Below, in pieces: positions 10,263 to 20,132 of a stretch of DNA of 64,000 bases. The stretch is from an uncultured bacterium (GTDB lineage: Bacteria > Patescibacteriota > JABMPQ01 > CAVVCK01). The notes under the pieces are model-generated. The model was given only the letters and a program-made list of their open reading frames with translations, had not been told where the DNA came from and searched no databases. Both the position numbers and the translations under genes were made by a program. The stretch spans positions 232,978 to 296,977 of the forward strand of contig CAVVCK010000002.1 of the NCBI GenBank assembly GCA_963746775.1, written 5' to 3'. How positions within the stretch are numbered: position 1 is the stretch's first letter; every line of letters starts with the position of its first letter.

Positions 10263-11687
10263 TTATTTTACTTCATGTATCTTTATAAGGTTAGTATTTC
10301 CTTTTAAACCTACTGGCTGTCCGCCGATAATAATAATCTTATCTCCTTTTTTTACAATTTTTTTAGTTAGAGATAATTTTACTGCTTCTTCTATTAATTC
10401 ATCAACATTACTACATTGTGGTAAAACATAAGGCACTACCCCCCACGATAGAGCTAGTTGTCTTCTAATTTTTTCACTTTCAGCAGTTACAATAATGGGT
10501 AGTTCTGGCCTGTGCCTTGATACCATCCGAGCAGTATTACCCGATATAGTAGCCACTAAAATTGCTTTTGCTCTTACATCCCTGGCTAGCATAGAACCAG
10601 CCATGGAAACCGCAGCATTAATAGAAATTATTTTTTTTTCACGTTCGCTAGCAATTACATCATCATAATGAGACTCTTCTGTATTTTTAATAATATCTGA
10701 CATTGTTTGTACTGTTTCTACCGGATATTTTCCTACAGCTGATTCCTGTGATAACATAACTGCATCTGTATGATCTATAACTGCATTAGCCACATCTGAA
10801 ATCTCCGCTCTGGTCGGTTTAGGATTTTCTACCATAGAGAGTAACATTTGCGTAGCTGTAATAGCAGGCTTAGCTTTTTTTAAACACTTATATATTATAT
10901 CTTTTTGGATAATAGGTAATTTTTCCATCGGTGTTTCTATTCCTAGATCACCTCTAGCAATCATAATCCCATCAGATACTTCCAATATTTTATCAATATT
11001 TTTAACCGCTTCATGTTTTTCAATTTTAGCAATTACTTTTACTTTTTCCTTTATTTTATATTTTATTTCTAATTTTTTGATTCTTTCTTTTAAATCTAAT
11101 ATATCGTTTTCATCTTTTACAAAAGATAGGGCTACCCAATCTACATTGTTTTTAACAGCAAATTCTAAATCCTGAATATCTTTTTCGGTCGTTGCTGGAA
11201 TATGCAGTGTAGCTGTAGCTACATTAATGCTTTTATTAGAAAATATTTCTCCCCCTAATATAACTTTACATCTGATATCTCTTTCAATAACTTCTATTAC
11301 CTCTAGTTTTAATAAACCATCATTTAATAATAATATGTCATCTTTACCTACATCTTTATGTAAATTAGAATAGGTGACAGGAATCTTATCACTACTATCA
11401 TTACTAGTGGTTAATATCACTTCACTGCCCTCCTTTAATTCTATACCATCTTTTTTTAAAGCACCTATTCTTACTCTCGGCCCCTGCAGGTCAGCCAGAA
11501 ATGCTACAGGATGATCCATCTCTCTGGCAACTTGCCTAATAAATTTTATCAGCTCGGCATGTTCAGCATAGATTCCATGAGAAAAATTAAGCCTAGCACA
11601 ATCCATACCAGCTTTAATCATTTTCTTTAAAACTTCGGTATTACGAGAGGCAGGACCTATTGTACAAACTATTTTTGTTCTTTTCAC
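10263..11687 (-). CDS. pyk: Pyruvate kinase
   Basis: MKRTKIVCTIGPAS...ARLNFSHG; 474 aa with typical PK barrel and C-terminal domains. Confidence 0.9.
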   Translation of the reverse strand: MKRTKIVCTIGPASRNTEVLKKMIKAGMDCARLNFSHGIYAEHAELIKFIRQVAREMDHPVAFLADLQGPRVRIGALKKDGIELKEGSEVILTTSNDSSDKIPVTYSNLHKDVGKDDILLLNDGLLKLEVIEVIERDIRCKVILGGEIFSNKSINVATATLHIPATTEKDIQDLEFAVKNNVDWVALSFVKDENDILDLKERIKKLEIKYKIKEKVKVIAKIEKHEAVKNIDKILEVSDGIMIARGDLGIETPMEKLPIIQKDIIYKCLKKAKPAITATQMLLSMVENPKPTRAEISDVANAVIDHTDAVMLSQESAVGKYPVETVQTMSDIIKNTEESHYDDVIASEREKKIISINAAVSMAGSMLARDVRAKAILVATISGNTARMVSRHRPELPIIVTAESEKIRRQLALSWGVVPYVLPQCSNVDELIEEAVKLSLTKKIVKKGDKIIIIGGQPVGLKGNTNLIKIHEVK

Positions 11688-11841
11688 AATATTATTGATT
11701 AATATTTTCTTATACTATCATACAAAAAAAAGACTGTAAAATTACCTTGTGGGTAACTTTTATACATTATAACAAATATTAATAAAAACATAAAAAAGAA
11801 GCACATAATGCCTCTTTTTCACTCCTTATATTGATCAGATA

Positions 11842-12171
11842 TTAGAATTTAAATTTCTCTGATAAATCACCTATTATTGGTAATTTAGCATATTTACCTG
11901 TAGCAGCATTTACAATACCCCAAATACTAAAGACAATCATAACAATATCAAGAATAAATCCAATAAAAACAAAAGATAAAATCCAAGAAATAATCCATCC
12001 AACTAAAAGCACTAAGCCTTGTTTTGCATGGAACATAGCGAACTTACTTTCTTTTTTAGCTAGTAGTGGTACTAATACTAAAACACTTAGATAAGCTAAA
12101 ACAGCGAAAATTTTATTTTCTTCTACATCTTTTTTATCTTCAGGTGATAAATTCATATTTTCTTCTGGCAC
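11842..12171 (-). CDS. Small membrane protein, DUF4870-like
   Basis: FAVLAYLSVLVLVPLLAKKESKFAMFHAKQGLVL motif typical of DUF4870; 109 aa, 2-3 TM. Confidence 0.45.
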   Translation of the reverse strand: MPEENMNLSPEDKKDVEENKIFAVLAYLSVLVLVPLLAKKESKFAMFHAKQGLVLLVGWIISWILSFVFIGFILDIVMIVFSIWGIVNAATGKYAKLPIIGDLSEKFKF

Positions 12172-12365
12172 TTCACCTCACCCCCTTTCAATTTATTTTT
12201 TACGATTTCTTTAATTAGCATATCACTTATTAATGTTTCAATCAATTACTTTAAGTTTAACTTGGGGATAACTTAAAATATTATTTAAATTATTTTTTAT
12301 CCTTATAATTAATAATAATATTAAAAAATATAATTAAATAGCCGTTTTTTATTTTAAAATTTTAT

Positions 12366-13112
12366 TTATTCCTGCACGCAATTAATCTTTTCAATTTCCT
12401 CTTCTGTAATATCACTTATTGATTGTTCACCTTCTTTGGGATTTGTGTCATATTTAACTACCTTTTTCTCACTGCCTGTGAAATTAGAATTAGTATAATA
12501 CAAGAAAAAGAAATTATTGCCATCTATGCAATATCTTATATTGTCGCCTGTTATATCTTTCGGCACTTCATTCAACTCTCCTATTTGCTTTTTAACATCC
12601 TCGTCTTCAGAGTTGATTACTTCAACCATAGTTTTTGGATATTCTCCTGTCTTTTGATAAATAACATCAATACCAGCACCTAATTGAGCAGTTTGAGTTC
12701 CCATTATGTAGGCTATATATAAATTCTTACCAAAAGCATATCCATTCCTGCCTATCTGTATGCCTCCTAATAATAAAAATAAAATCATAATAGCTCCAAC
12801 AATGCCTCCGGCAATATTCCATTTTTTCTGCCTTGATTTAAATGTTTCTAAATTGTCAGTCTCTTTCTTTTTAAGCCAAGATGACAAATTACCCTTGGCA
12901 CCTAGTATAAAAGGTAAAATTAACTGGATAGGAAATATAGGCAAAAACATCAATAAACTCCACCAAACTCTATTTCCTAATCCCCAAATAAAAGTTAGAA
13001 AAAATGCTCCCCAGTTCCATTTTTTTAAAACTTTTAGTAATTCTTCCGTGTTAGGCTCTTTTCCTGGAATTGCTTCTTCCTGTATGCTTTTGTTTTCTTT
13101 TTTGTTTTCCAT
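12366..13112 (-). CDS. Hypothetical membrane protein
   Basis: 248 aa, N-terminal WNWGAFFLTFIWGLGNRVWW TM region and soluble C-terminal domain; no family recognised. Confidence 0.4.
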   Translation of the reverse strand: MENKKENKSIQEEAIPGKEPNTEELLKVLKKWNWGAFFLTFIWGLGNRVWWSLLMFLPIFPIQLILPFILGAKGNLSSWLKKKETDNLETFKSRQKKWNIAGGIVGAIMILFLLLGGIQIGRNGYAFGKNLYIAYIMGTQTAQLGAGIDVIYQKTGEYPKTMVEVINSEDEDVKKQIGELNEVPKDITGDNIRYCIDGNNFFFLYYTNSNFTGSEKKVVKYDTNPKEGEQSISDITEEEIEKINCVQE

Positions 13113-13175
13113 ATTTTTAATTAATTTTCTATTATATATATTATAATATATTTTATCATAAATTCTAAATTATTT

Positions 13176-13535
13176 TTAGTACTTTCTTTCATTGGTTTTA
13201 TATCCTGTATCCTCTGACCAATAAAGAAATAATTTTTTATTAAATCCTCCTTTTTTATTAAAAGCTTTTTTTCTGACAATTTTTATTTCATTTTCTCTAA
13301 TATTAAAAACTTTTTTAATTTCTTCAATAACGTCAACTACATCAGCTAATTCTGTCATAATTTCTTTTTTACTTTTAAGATTAGGTAAGGCGCTCGCCTC
13401 TTCTCCTACCTTTCTTAATAATTCTTTCTTAAAATTTTTATCAGATAGTTCTCTGACTTCATAAGCTCCACCAGATTTTTCAATTACTTGAGGAATTTTA
13501 TCTCTAATTAATTTATTGTAATATATTTTTTTCAT
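13176..13535 (-). CDS. MazG-like/HisE-like nucleoside triphosphate pyrophosphohydrolase (predicted)
   Basis: YNKLIRDKIPQVIEK...EEASAL...ELADVVDVIEEI pattern of all-alpha NTP pyrophosphatases. Confidence 0.45.
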   Translation of the reverse strand: MKKIYYNKLIRDKIPQVIEKSGGAYEVRELSDKNFKKELLRKVGEEASALPNLKSKKEIMTELADVVDVIEEIKKVFNIRENEIKIVRKKAFNKKGGFNKKLFLYWSEDTGYKTNERKY

Positions 13536-14310
13536 CTTTTTTATTAAATATTAAATAAACAAAATACCCTGTAGCAATTAAAATAGGTAAAATACTCAAT
13601 ATTTGTCCCATCGATAATGGAAAACTATCTGGAATAATATGCCTTTCCTTCCAAAATTCTACTATAAACCTGGTTATAAAATATAAAAATATATAGAGAA
13701 ATAAATTAAAATAAGTTGGCAGTTTTTTACTATATTTTTTGTAAATAATAAACAAAATAATAAAAATTATTAAAGACAAGCCCGATTCATATAATTGCGT
13801 TGGATGTCTGGGAAAATCTTCACCTAATTGCTGAAAAACAACTCCCCATTGACCATTAGTAGGTTGGCCAATAATTTCGGAATTAAAAAAATTAGCTAAA
13901 CGAACAAAAGTTGAGACAATGGGAAATCCTAAAATCAAATAATCAATATATTGGCTAAATTTTATTTTATAAACTTTCAACCAAATTAAATAAGCAAATA
14001 AAACTCCTATGGCTGCCCCGTGACTAGCTAGCCCTCCTTTCCAAACTTTTAAAATCTCAATAGGATTAGATAAATAATAGCCTGGCTCATAAAAAAACAC
14101 ATGCCCCAAGCGCGCACCAATAAACATGCCCACAAATAAATATAAAACTACAGTATCGAGGTGATTTAAATTTAATTTTTCCGATTTAAAAATGTGCCAT
14201 AAAAATAAATAAGCCAAAAGCAAGCCTATAGCAAAAAACAGTCCATACCAGCGTATAGTTAGTGGTCCTAATTTTATTAGAATTGGTAAAATGTTTTGGT
14301 AGAAAATCAT
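13513..14310 (-). CDS. lgt: Prolipoprotein diacylglyceryl transferase
   Basis: IRWYGLFFAIGLLLAY N-terminus, conserved Lgt signature region, 265 aa polytopic. Confidence 0.85.
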   Translation of the reverse strand: MIFYQNILPILIKLGPLTIRWYGLFFAIGLLLAYLFLWHIFKSEKLNLNHLDTVVLYLFVGMFIGARLGHVFFYEPGYYLSNPIEILKVWKGGLASHGAAIGVLFAYLIWLKVYKIKFSQYIDYLILGFPIVSTFVRLANFFNSEIIGQPTNGQWGVVFQQLGEDFPRHPTQLYESGLSLIIFIILFIIYKKYSKKLPTYFNLFLYIFLYFITRFIVEFWKERHIIPDSFPLSMGQILSILPILIATGYFVYLIFNKKDEKNILQ

Positions 14311-14321
14311 AATGTTTTTAT

Positions 14322-14462
14322 CCTTCTCCCCTCAGCTGACCACGTATGAAATTCCGTGAAATTTTATAAATTTATTCTTAATCCATAAATTTTATACGTG
14401 GTGAGGAGACAGGGGGGTGCTCCGATGTACATCGGAGCACCCCTCCTAAATTGAAGAGGGGA
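14322..14462. promoter_or_regulatory. Structured divergent intergenic region (lgt <-> udg): nested inverted repeats incl. 14-bp GC hairpin
   Basis: accacgtat...atacgtggt 9-bp arms ~54 nt apart; ggggtgctccgatg-tac-catcggagcacccc perfect hairpin; outer tccttctcccctc / gaggggaagaa arms; CACGTATGAAATT motif related to rpsB-upstream repeats. Confidence 0.4.
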
Positions 14463-14533
14463 AGAACTATTATTGAATTTGCTCAAAAATAACTTTATTT
14501 ATATAATAAACTAAATTAAACAATTTTAAAACT

Positions 14534-15115
14534 ATGAAAATAAAACCCAAGATGAAAAATGTTAGAGATAAGGTAGTAGAATGTAAACTTTGTTCTCTAG
14601 CTAAAACTAGAACTCTCCCTGTCATTGGTCAAGGCAGCCACGAGGCTAAAATAATGTTTGTAGGAGAAGCGCCTGGCGCTAATGAAGATAAAACAGGCCA
14701 ACCTTTTTGCGGAAGAGCTGGCAGTATATTGAGTGAACTATTAGAAAGTATTGGAATGAAAAGGGAAGAAGTTTATATCTGTAATATTCTAAAATGCCGT
14801 CCGCCAAATAATAGAGATCCTCTGAAAAGTGAAATAATTGCCTGCACTCCTTATTTATATGAACAAATAAAAATTATAAAACCTAAAATAATTTGTTGCT
14901 TGGGTAATTTTTCAGTCCGCTTTATTATGGAAAAGTTCGGATTAGAAAAAATGATTCAAGGAATATCTAAAATACACGGCCAAATGTACAATGGAAAAAA
15001 TGAAGAAGTAGGAGAAGTTAAAATAGTTCCTATGTATCACCCCGCTGTAGCTACTTATAATGCTAATATGAAAAGTACTTTAATGGAAGATTTTAAAGTT
15101 TTGAAGGATATATAG
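14534..15115 (+). CDS. udg: Uracil-DNA glycosylase, family 4
   Basis: GEAPGANEDKTGQPFCGRAG motif and C-terminal HPA motif region; 193 aa. Confidence 0.85.
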   Translation: MKIKPKMKNVRDKVVECKLCSLAKTRTLPVIGQGSHEAKIMFVGEAPGANEDKTGQPFCGRAGSILSELLESIGMKREEVYICNILKCRPPNNRDPLKSEIIACTPYLYEQIKIIKPKIICCLGNFSVRFIMEKFGLEKMIQGISKIHGQMYNGKNEEVGEVKIVPMYHPAVATYNANMKSTLMEDFKVLKDI

Positions 15116-15119
15116 TTTA

Positions 15120-15305
15120 TATTCTTCTACCTGGCTTTAGCCAAGGGTCTGGGAAGCTTTAGCTTCCTGTAAATATAGCGGCTAAAGCCTAGTAGTCTTC
15201 ACCTCCGATAACCCTCTGCTAAAGCAGAGTGGAAGAATATTTTTCTACCCACCTTTAGGTGAGGGGTTTGAAAGCTTTAGCTTCTCGAAAAATATATAAT
15301 AATTT
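15120..15305. repeat. Array of small hairpins with TTTA/TAAA tetraloops plus ~60-bp imperfect direct repeat, between convergent genes
   Basis: GGCTTTAGCC, GAAGCTTTAGCTTC, GGCTAAAGCC, CTCTGCTAAAGCAGAG, CACCTTTAGGTG, AAAGCTTTAGCTTC; the 14-mer CCTGGCTTTAGCCA recurs at 55088..55101. Confidence 0.4.
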
Positions 15306-15323
15306 TAAAGATAAAACTTTTTC

Positions 15324-16136
15324 TTATTTTTTATCATAAATTATTACTCTATTAAATAACAATACCCCCATATAAATTAGCGAAGCAATAAAAATTATTA
15401 CTGGCCCAGTAGGCCAATTAATATAATAAGATAAAAACAATCCAGAGGTTGATGATATTAGACTTATTAAAATAGACAAAAACATCATTCCTTTCAAAGT
15501 TTTACTCAATAAATTCGCACTAGCCGCCGGCAGGGTAAGCAGCGCAATCACTAAAATTATACCTACCACTTTTATTAAAATTACCACTGTTAAAGCTACT
15601 AAACTTAATAAAAGTAAATAAAAAGGTAACACTCTAATATTAGTTACTTCGGCAAATTCTTCATCAAATATAATAGCTAAAAATCTTTTAAAAAAAATAA
15701 ATACGCTTGATAAAACTATTACATCCAAAATGATAATTAATACTATATCTTGATTAGTAGTTAATAAAATATTGCCAAATAAATAGCTAAACAAATCACC
15801 TACATAACCTGGGGTTAAATAAACAAAGACCAAACCAATAGACATTCCCAAAGCCCACATTGCTCCTATCAAAGAATCTTCGTGGGTTTTTGATTTCTTG
15901 GAAATAATACCAATACCTAAAGCAGATAGAATACTAAAAATTGCTGCTCCGATAACCGGGTTAAATCCCAAAAAATAAGCTAACCCTAATCCTCCAAAAG
16001 AGGCATGGGCAATCGAGCCAGATATAAAAGAAAGTTTTTTGAGTACTATAAAACTTCCTATAATACCACAAGCAACACTAGCTAGTGTGCTAACAATTAA
16101 AGCGTTTTGGAAAAAATGATAAGTTAATATTTGCAT
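15324..16136 (-). CDS. znuB: Metal (Zn/Mn) ABC transporter permease
   Basis: 270 aa, 8-9 TM, ZnuB/MntB-like; operon with ATPase, SBP and Fur-family regulator. Confidence 0.75.
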   Translation of the reverse strand: MQILTYHFFQNALIVSTLASVACGIIGSFIVLKKLSFISGSIAHASFGGLGLAYFLGFNPVIGAAIFSILSALGIGIISKKSKTHEDSLIGAMWALGMSIGLVFVYLTPGYVGDLFSYLFGNILLTTNQDIVLIIILDVIVLSSVFIFFKRFLAIIFDEEFAEVTNIRVLPFYLLLLSLVALTVVILIKVVGIILVIALLTLPAASANLLSKTLKGMMFLSILISLISSTSGLFLSYYINWPTGPVIIFIASLIYMGVLLFNRVIIYDKK

Positions 16137-16143
16137 ATGTTAT

Positions 16144-16177
16144 TTATATCTGCAGGGAACAGGCATGCCTGTTCCCT
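16144..16177. repeat. Perfect 32-bp palindrome (intercistronic znuC-znuB), core ACAGGCATGCCTGT
   Basis: ctgcagggaacaggcatgcctgttccctgcag; same 14-nt core recurs inside prmC at 55756..55783; GGGAACA arms recur at 32780..32807. Confidence 0.5.
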
Positions 16178-16192
16178 GCAGAACATTATTTA

Positions 16193-16957
16193 TCAATGCT
16201 TGTGTTCAGGAAAAACACGATGAGGCATACCATGCCCGATAAGATCCATATCGCATTTATAACCAGCTTTTATTAATCCTTCATTGATCGTTCCTTCCCG
16301 ATGAAAAAACATAGTTTTATTCAAACAGCCAACTTGTTTAATAAAAGGAGAAATAGCTCCAATATCATGTGAAACAACGATAATAGCTGTCTTGCTACTG
16401 TTTATTTCTTTTAAATATTCAAACAAGTTTTTTTCTGAAGAAATATCAATATTTGAAGTTGGCTCATCTAAAATTAAAAGCTGTGGTTCTCGCACCAAAG
16501 CTCTGGCAATTAAAACTCTTTGTATTTGCCCGCCAGATAATTCCCCTATCTGTTTATTTTTCAAATTTTCTATACCAACTTTCTGCATAGCTGCCAAAGA
16601 TTTTTCTTTATCTATTTTAGAATATCTGCTAAACATTCTCTTTCTGCTCAAAATCCCAGTCAAAATAACATCTATTACTTTAATTGGAAAATCAAGTTCT
16701 ATTTTAGCGTATTGTGGAACATAGCCAATATCATTGCGCGCTTTTTTAGGACTTTTGCCAAATACTCTTACCTCTCCAAAATCAGGCTTTAGGATTCCTA
16801 TTAAAATCTTTAAAAAAGTTGTTTTGCCTCCACCATTGGGACCAATCAATCCGACAAAATCATCTTCCATCATTTCAAAATAAACTTTTTCCAAAACTTT
16901 GATGTTCTTGTTGTAGGAAAAATTTAAATTTTTTACTTCTATTATTTTATTTCTCAT
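16193..16957 (-). CDS. znuC: Metal ABC transporter ATP-binding protein
   Basis: Walker A GPNGGGKTT, LSGGQ signature, Walker B LLILDEPT. Confidence 0.85.
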   Translation of the reverse strand: MRNKIIEVKNLNFSYNKNIKVLEKVYFEMMEDDFVGLIGPNGGGKTTFLKILIGILKPDFGEVRVFGKSPKKARNDIGYVPQYAKIELDFPIKVIDVILTGILSRKRMFSRYSKIDKEKSLAAMQKVGIENLKNKQIGELSGGQIQRVLIARALVREPQLLILDEPTSNIDISSEKNLFEYLKEINSSKTAIIVVSHDIGAISPFIKQVGCLNKTMFFHREGTINEGLIKAGYKCDMDLIGHGMPHRVFPEHKH

Positions 16958-16961
16958 AATT

Positions 16962-17882
16962 CTATTCTAAATTATTGGCTATCGTTTTTCCAATATTTTT
17001 TAAATTATTAGCAAAGTCCTGGGCAAGAGGATCTATCTGTACTGTTATACCTCCTATTTCCGCGGCTATAGCTTCAGCGTTTTTAGTACTAAATTCTTTT
17101 TGAACAAAGATTACTTTAATATTTTCTGCTTTTGCTTCCTTAGTTAACTCTTCAATCTGGCTAGCCGTTGGTTCTTTGCCTTCTATTTCTATAGGAATTT
17201 GCTTTAATCCGTATTCATCTAATAAATATCCAAAAGCAGGGTGATAAACAATTATATTTTTATTTTCTATTTTCAATAAATTTTCTTTTAAATAATTATC
17301 CAATTTATCTAATTCACTTAAATAAGCTTCTTTGTTATTTTTATAATAATTCTCATTTTCTGGATTAAGCTCTACTAAAGCTTTGTAAATATTTTCTACG
17401 TATATCTTGGCATTATTAACCGAAAACCAAGTATGGGGATCTTTGCCTCCTTCAACTGACTCATCTTCTCCTTCTTTATTATTTAAATTATTTTCTAAAT
17501 TTCTTAAAATGATCCCTTCTGACCCATCTATAACTTTCATGCTTTTGTTTTGTTCTATTATTTTACTCATATTAGAATTTTCAAACTCTACATGACCAGC
17601 TTCTACATATAAATTTGCCTCAGAAATTTTAGTAAGCATATTAGCATTAAGTTCGTAAGAATGAGGTTCATACCCCGGAGGTATTACTTCGGAAACATCA
17701 ACCCTATCTCCACCAATTTTCTCTACAAATTCAATCAGAGGTAAAATAGTAACTACCACTTTTGTCTTTTTATTATCTGTTCCATTTTTTACTTCGTTGA
17801 TCTGATTTTTCAACGCACAACCCGTTATAATAAAGGCTGAAATTAGTAGTAGTAATCCTAATTTTAGAATATTATTTTTCAT
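16962..17882 (-). CDS. znuA: Metal ABC transporter substrate-binding lipoprotein (ZnuA/TroA family)
   Basis: Lipobox ITGC, cluster-9 SBP architecture with acidic His/Asp/Glu-rich loop (GEDESVEGGKDPH). Confidence 0.75.
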   Translation of the reverse strand: MKNNILKLGLLLLISAFIITGCALKNQINEVKNGTDNKKTKVVVTILPLIEFVEKIGGDRVDVSEVIPPGYEPHSYELNANMLTKISEANLYVEAGHVEFENSNMSKIIEQNKSMKVIDGSEGIILRNLENNLNNKEGEDESVEGGKDPHTWFSVNNAKIYVENIYKALVELNPENENYYKNNKEAYLSELDKLDNYLKENLLKIENKNIIVYHPAFGYLLDEYGLKQIPIEIEGKEPTASQIEELTKEAKAENIKVIFVQKEFSTKNAEAIAAEIGGITVQIDPLAQDFANNLKNIGKTIANNLE

Positions 17883-17903
17883 TATTTTTAAAATTTTATA
17901 TTT

Positions 17904-18287
17904 TTATTGTCCAGAACATTTTTCACAAAGCCCTTTCAAAGTCAGCCGATGGGATATTTCTGTAAAGCCTTCTACTTTAGGTATTTCCTGCTGGCAAGGA
18001 ATACATTTAATATAGCCACAGCTTCGACACATAATGTGGTGATGAGGGTGATCAGACAAGTAGTAAAAACTTTGTTCTCCAATTCTTTCTTCAAATACTA
18101 TTTTTAAACTTTTAAATAAATTTATAGTTCTATAAACAGAAGCTAAATCCATTCTGTTTTTTAATTTTAAATGTAATCTTTGAACAGTTAACAACTCTTC
18201 GTGTTTTATTAGTGCTCTTAAAATTTCCATCCTTTGATAAGTAATTTTATGACCAAACTTTTTTAATATATTAAGATATTTTTTCAT
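17904..18287 (-). CDS. zur: Fur-family transcriptional regulator (Zur-like)
   Basis: wHTH N-domain, HHHxxCxxCG...CxxC metal-binding C-terminus; first gene of znu operon. Confidence 0.75.
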   Translation of the reverse strand: MKKYLNILKKFGHKITYQRMEILRALIKHEELLTVQRLHLKLKNRMDLASVYRTINLFKSLKIVFEERIGEQSFYYLSDHPHHHIMCRSCGYIKCIPCQQEIPKVEGFTEISHRLTLKGLCEKCSGQ

Positions 18288-18317
18288 AGCGTTTTTATAT
18301 TAAACATACTAACACAG

Positions 18318-18334
18318 TTGCGAATCATTTGCAA
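18318..18334. promoter_or_regulatory. Candidate Zur/Fur box (17-bp near-palindrome) upstream of zur-znuACB
   Basis: TTGCGAATCATTTGCAA, 8/8 mirrored positions bar one, ~30-45 bp upstream of zur start. Confidence 0.4.
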
Positions 18335-18353
18335 TAATATTTATGTCAAAACT

Positions 18354-18386
18354 AAAATCACCTCGTATTTTGAGGTGATTTTACTG
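18354..18386. terminator. Intrinsic terminator hairpin for 537-aa FG-GAP gene
   Basis: aaAATCACCTCgtatttTGAGGTGATTtt with flanking A/T runs. Confidence 0.5.
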
Positions 18387-18405
18387 TCTGCATTTTTACT
18401 AAATC

Positions 18406-20019
18406 TTATTTAACTACTACTCCACTATTATTAAAATATTTCCAATTCTCCAAAAAATCTCTAGTTGTCCAATACTGTTCCCCGTAAATAGGATCATTAA
18501 CAATAATATGAGTTGGATTAAAAATGTGTCCTTGAAAACCTTTCACCACTCTAGTATGCTCACCATGTACAGCATATATAAGTCTGCCAAAGACTGTTCT
18601 CCAATACGTTGGCATATAATTATTAGTTGCAGATCCCCAAATTATTACGGGATTATCATCGCTTACTTCTTCCAGTAACTTTATTAAATTATAATTTTCA
18701 AAAAAATAAACAGGTCTTAATTCAGACGCAACATTATATATAGGTTTCCAATAAACTCCATACCCATTTACCATTTGCCTTCCATTTATATTACCCACAA
18801 AACCATATTGGGGATCGCCCCAGGTATCCCCTATTTTGGGAATTCTGTCAAAACCGATCCTATTAATTAACTCTTCTTCTGAAATATTTATTCCCTTATA
18901 GCTCAAAGCCATTCTAAGACTTGCAGCTTCACAAGATAAATTTTTCTCTTGTTTTATTAGTGGCACATCTAAGTTAACATCCCAACTTTTTAATGGTTTA
19001 GGATTACCGACTCCCGCTACCAGTTCTAATTTTTTGTTATTATTTAAATCACCCAAGGCCAAATTTACTCCATAACGTGAATTTTTATCAAAGGCCATAA
19101 TACCACCGCTATATATATTTATTTTATGATTAGAATATTTAAAATATCTTATTTGAGGTCCTCCTCCTGTCCCTGGACCGGTAATAATATCATCTCTTCC
19201 GTCATTATCTATGTCAGCTAGATAAAATTTTATACCTGATTCAATATTAGCCGGATACAGTCTTTCTTCTGCTAATATCTCCCCATTTGCTTTATAAATT
19301 TTCATCCAAGCTTCACCTTCTCCCGCCTGGCTTACTACAATTTCATTTTTATTATCACCATTTACATCACCTATTCCTACCCAGACACCGCCTCGAAAAT
19401 CAGGATGAAAAGGAAATAATTCTACACCTAAGGGCTTCCCTTGACCATCAAAAACTCGTACGTGTGGTCCTCCTTTTCTGCCTGCTCCAGTAATAATTTC
19501 ATCTTTACCATCACTATTAATGTCGCCCGCCGATATATTTACACCAAACTTGGCTGAAGCACCATAAGCTAAAAAATCAGCTAACACTTCTCCATTTAAT
19601 TTATATACTTTAACTCTAGCTTCACCTAGCGATGCTTGCCCAAAAATTAATTCATCGATACCATCACCATCCATATCTCCTGCAGCCACATTTACTCCCC
19701 CGCGATAATCTGAATGAAAAGGAAAAAAAGTATAGCCGGAATAATTTCCATCCTCTTCAAGCACCCTTACATGCGGTGTGGCACCTGGTCCTGCTCCAGT
19801 TATTATTTCATCTTTTCCATCTCCATCCACATCACCTAAAGCGATATTTACTCCCCCCTTAAAATTTTCGTCATAAGCTAAAAATTGATTTTGTTCTTCA
19901 AAATTTGCAGCATTATAAATTTTGACATAGGGTGGCAAATTATCCGAAGCAGATACTTTAGAAACAAAAAGAGAAAGTAAAACAAAAGTAAACAAAAATA
20001 TCCATTTGATACGTTTCAT
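18406..20019 (-). CDS. Secreted FG-GAP/VCBS-repeat protein with C-terminal C39-like papain-fold peptidase domain
   Basis: Signal peptide; five GD(V/M/I)(D/N)GDGxDE(I/L) integrin-alpha-like repeats; C-terminus QEKNLSCEAASLRMALSYKG ... HGEH...VNDP resembles Peptidase_C39-like (Cys/His) domain. Confidence 0.55.
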   Translation of the reverse strand: MKRIKWIFLFTFVLLSLFVSKVSASDNLPPYVKIYNAANFEEQNQFLAYDENFKGGVNIALGDVDGDGKDEIITGAGPGATPHVRVLEEDGNYSGYTFFPFHSDYRGGVNVAAGDMDGDGIDELIFGQASLGEARVKVYKLNGEVLADFLAYGASAKFGVNISAGDINSDGKDEIITGAGRKGGPHVRVFDGQGKPLGVELFPFHPDFRGGVWVGIGDVNGDNKNEIVVSQAGEGEAWMKIYKANGEILAEERLYPANIESGIKFYLADIDNDGRDDIITGPGTGGGPQIRYFKYSNHKINIYSGGIMAFDKNSRYGVNLALGDLNNNKKLELVAGVGNPKPLKSWDVNLDVPLIKQEKNLSCEAASLRMALSYKGINISEEELINRIGFDRIPKIGDTWGDPQYGFVGNINGRQMVNGYGVYWKPIYNVASELRPVYFFENYNLIKLLEEVSDDNPVIIWGSATNNYMPTYWRTVFGRLIYAVHGEHTRVVKGFQGHIFNPTHIIVNDPIYGEQYWTTRDFLENWKYFNNSGVVVK

Positions 20020-20132
20020 ATTTAAAATATTGTTTTATAAAATTATTTTCACCCAATCTTAAAGAGATCAAGTTACTAGCCTAAGACCCTCAGCTAATAG
20101 CCCTTTAGTTCGCTAGATAACCCTATTTCTTT

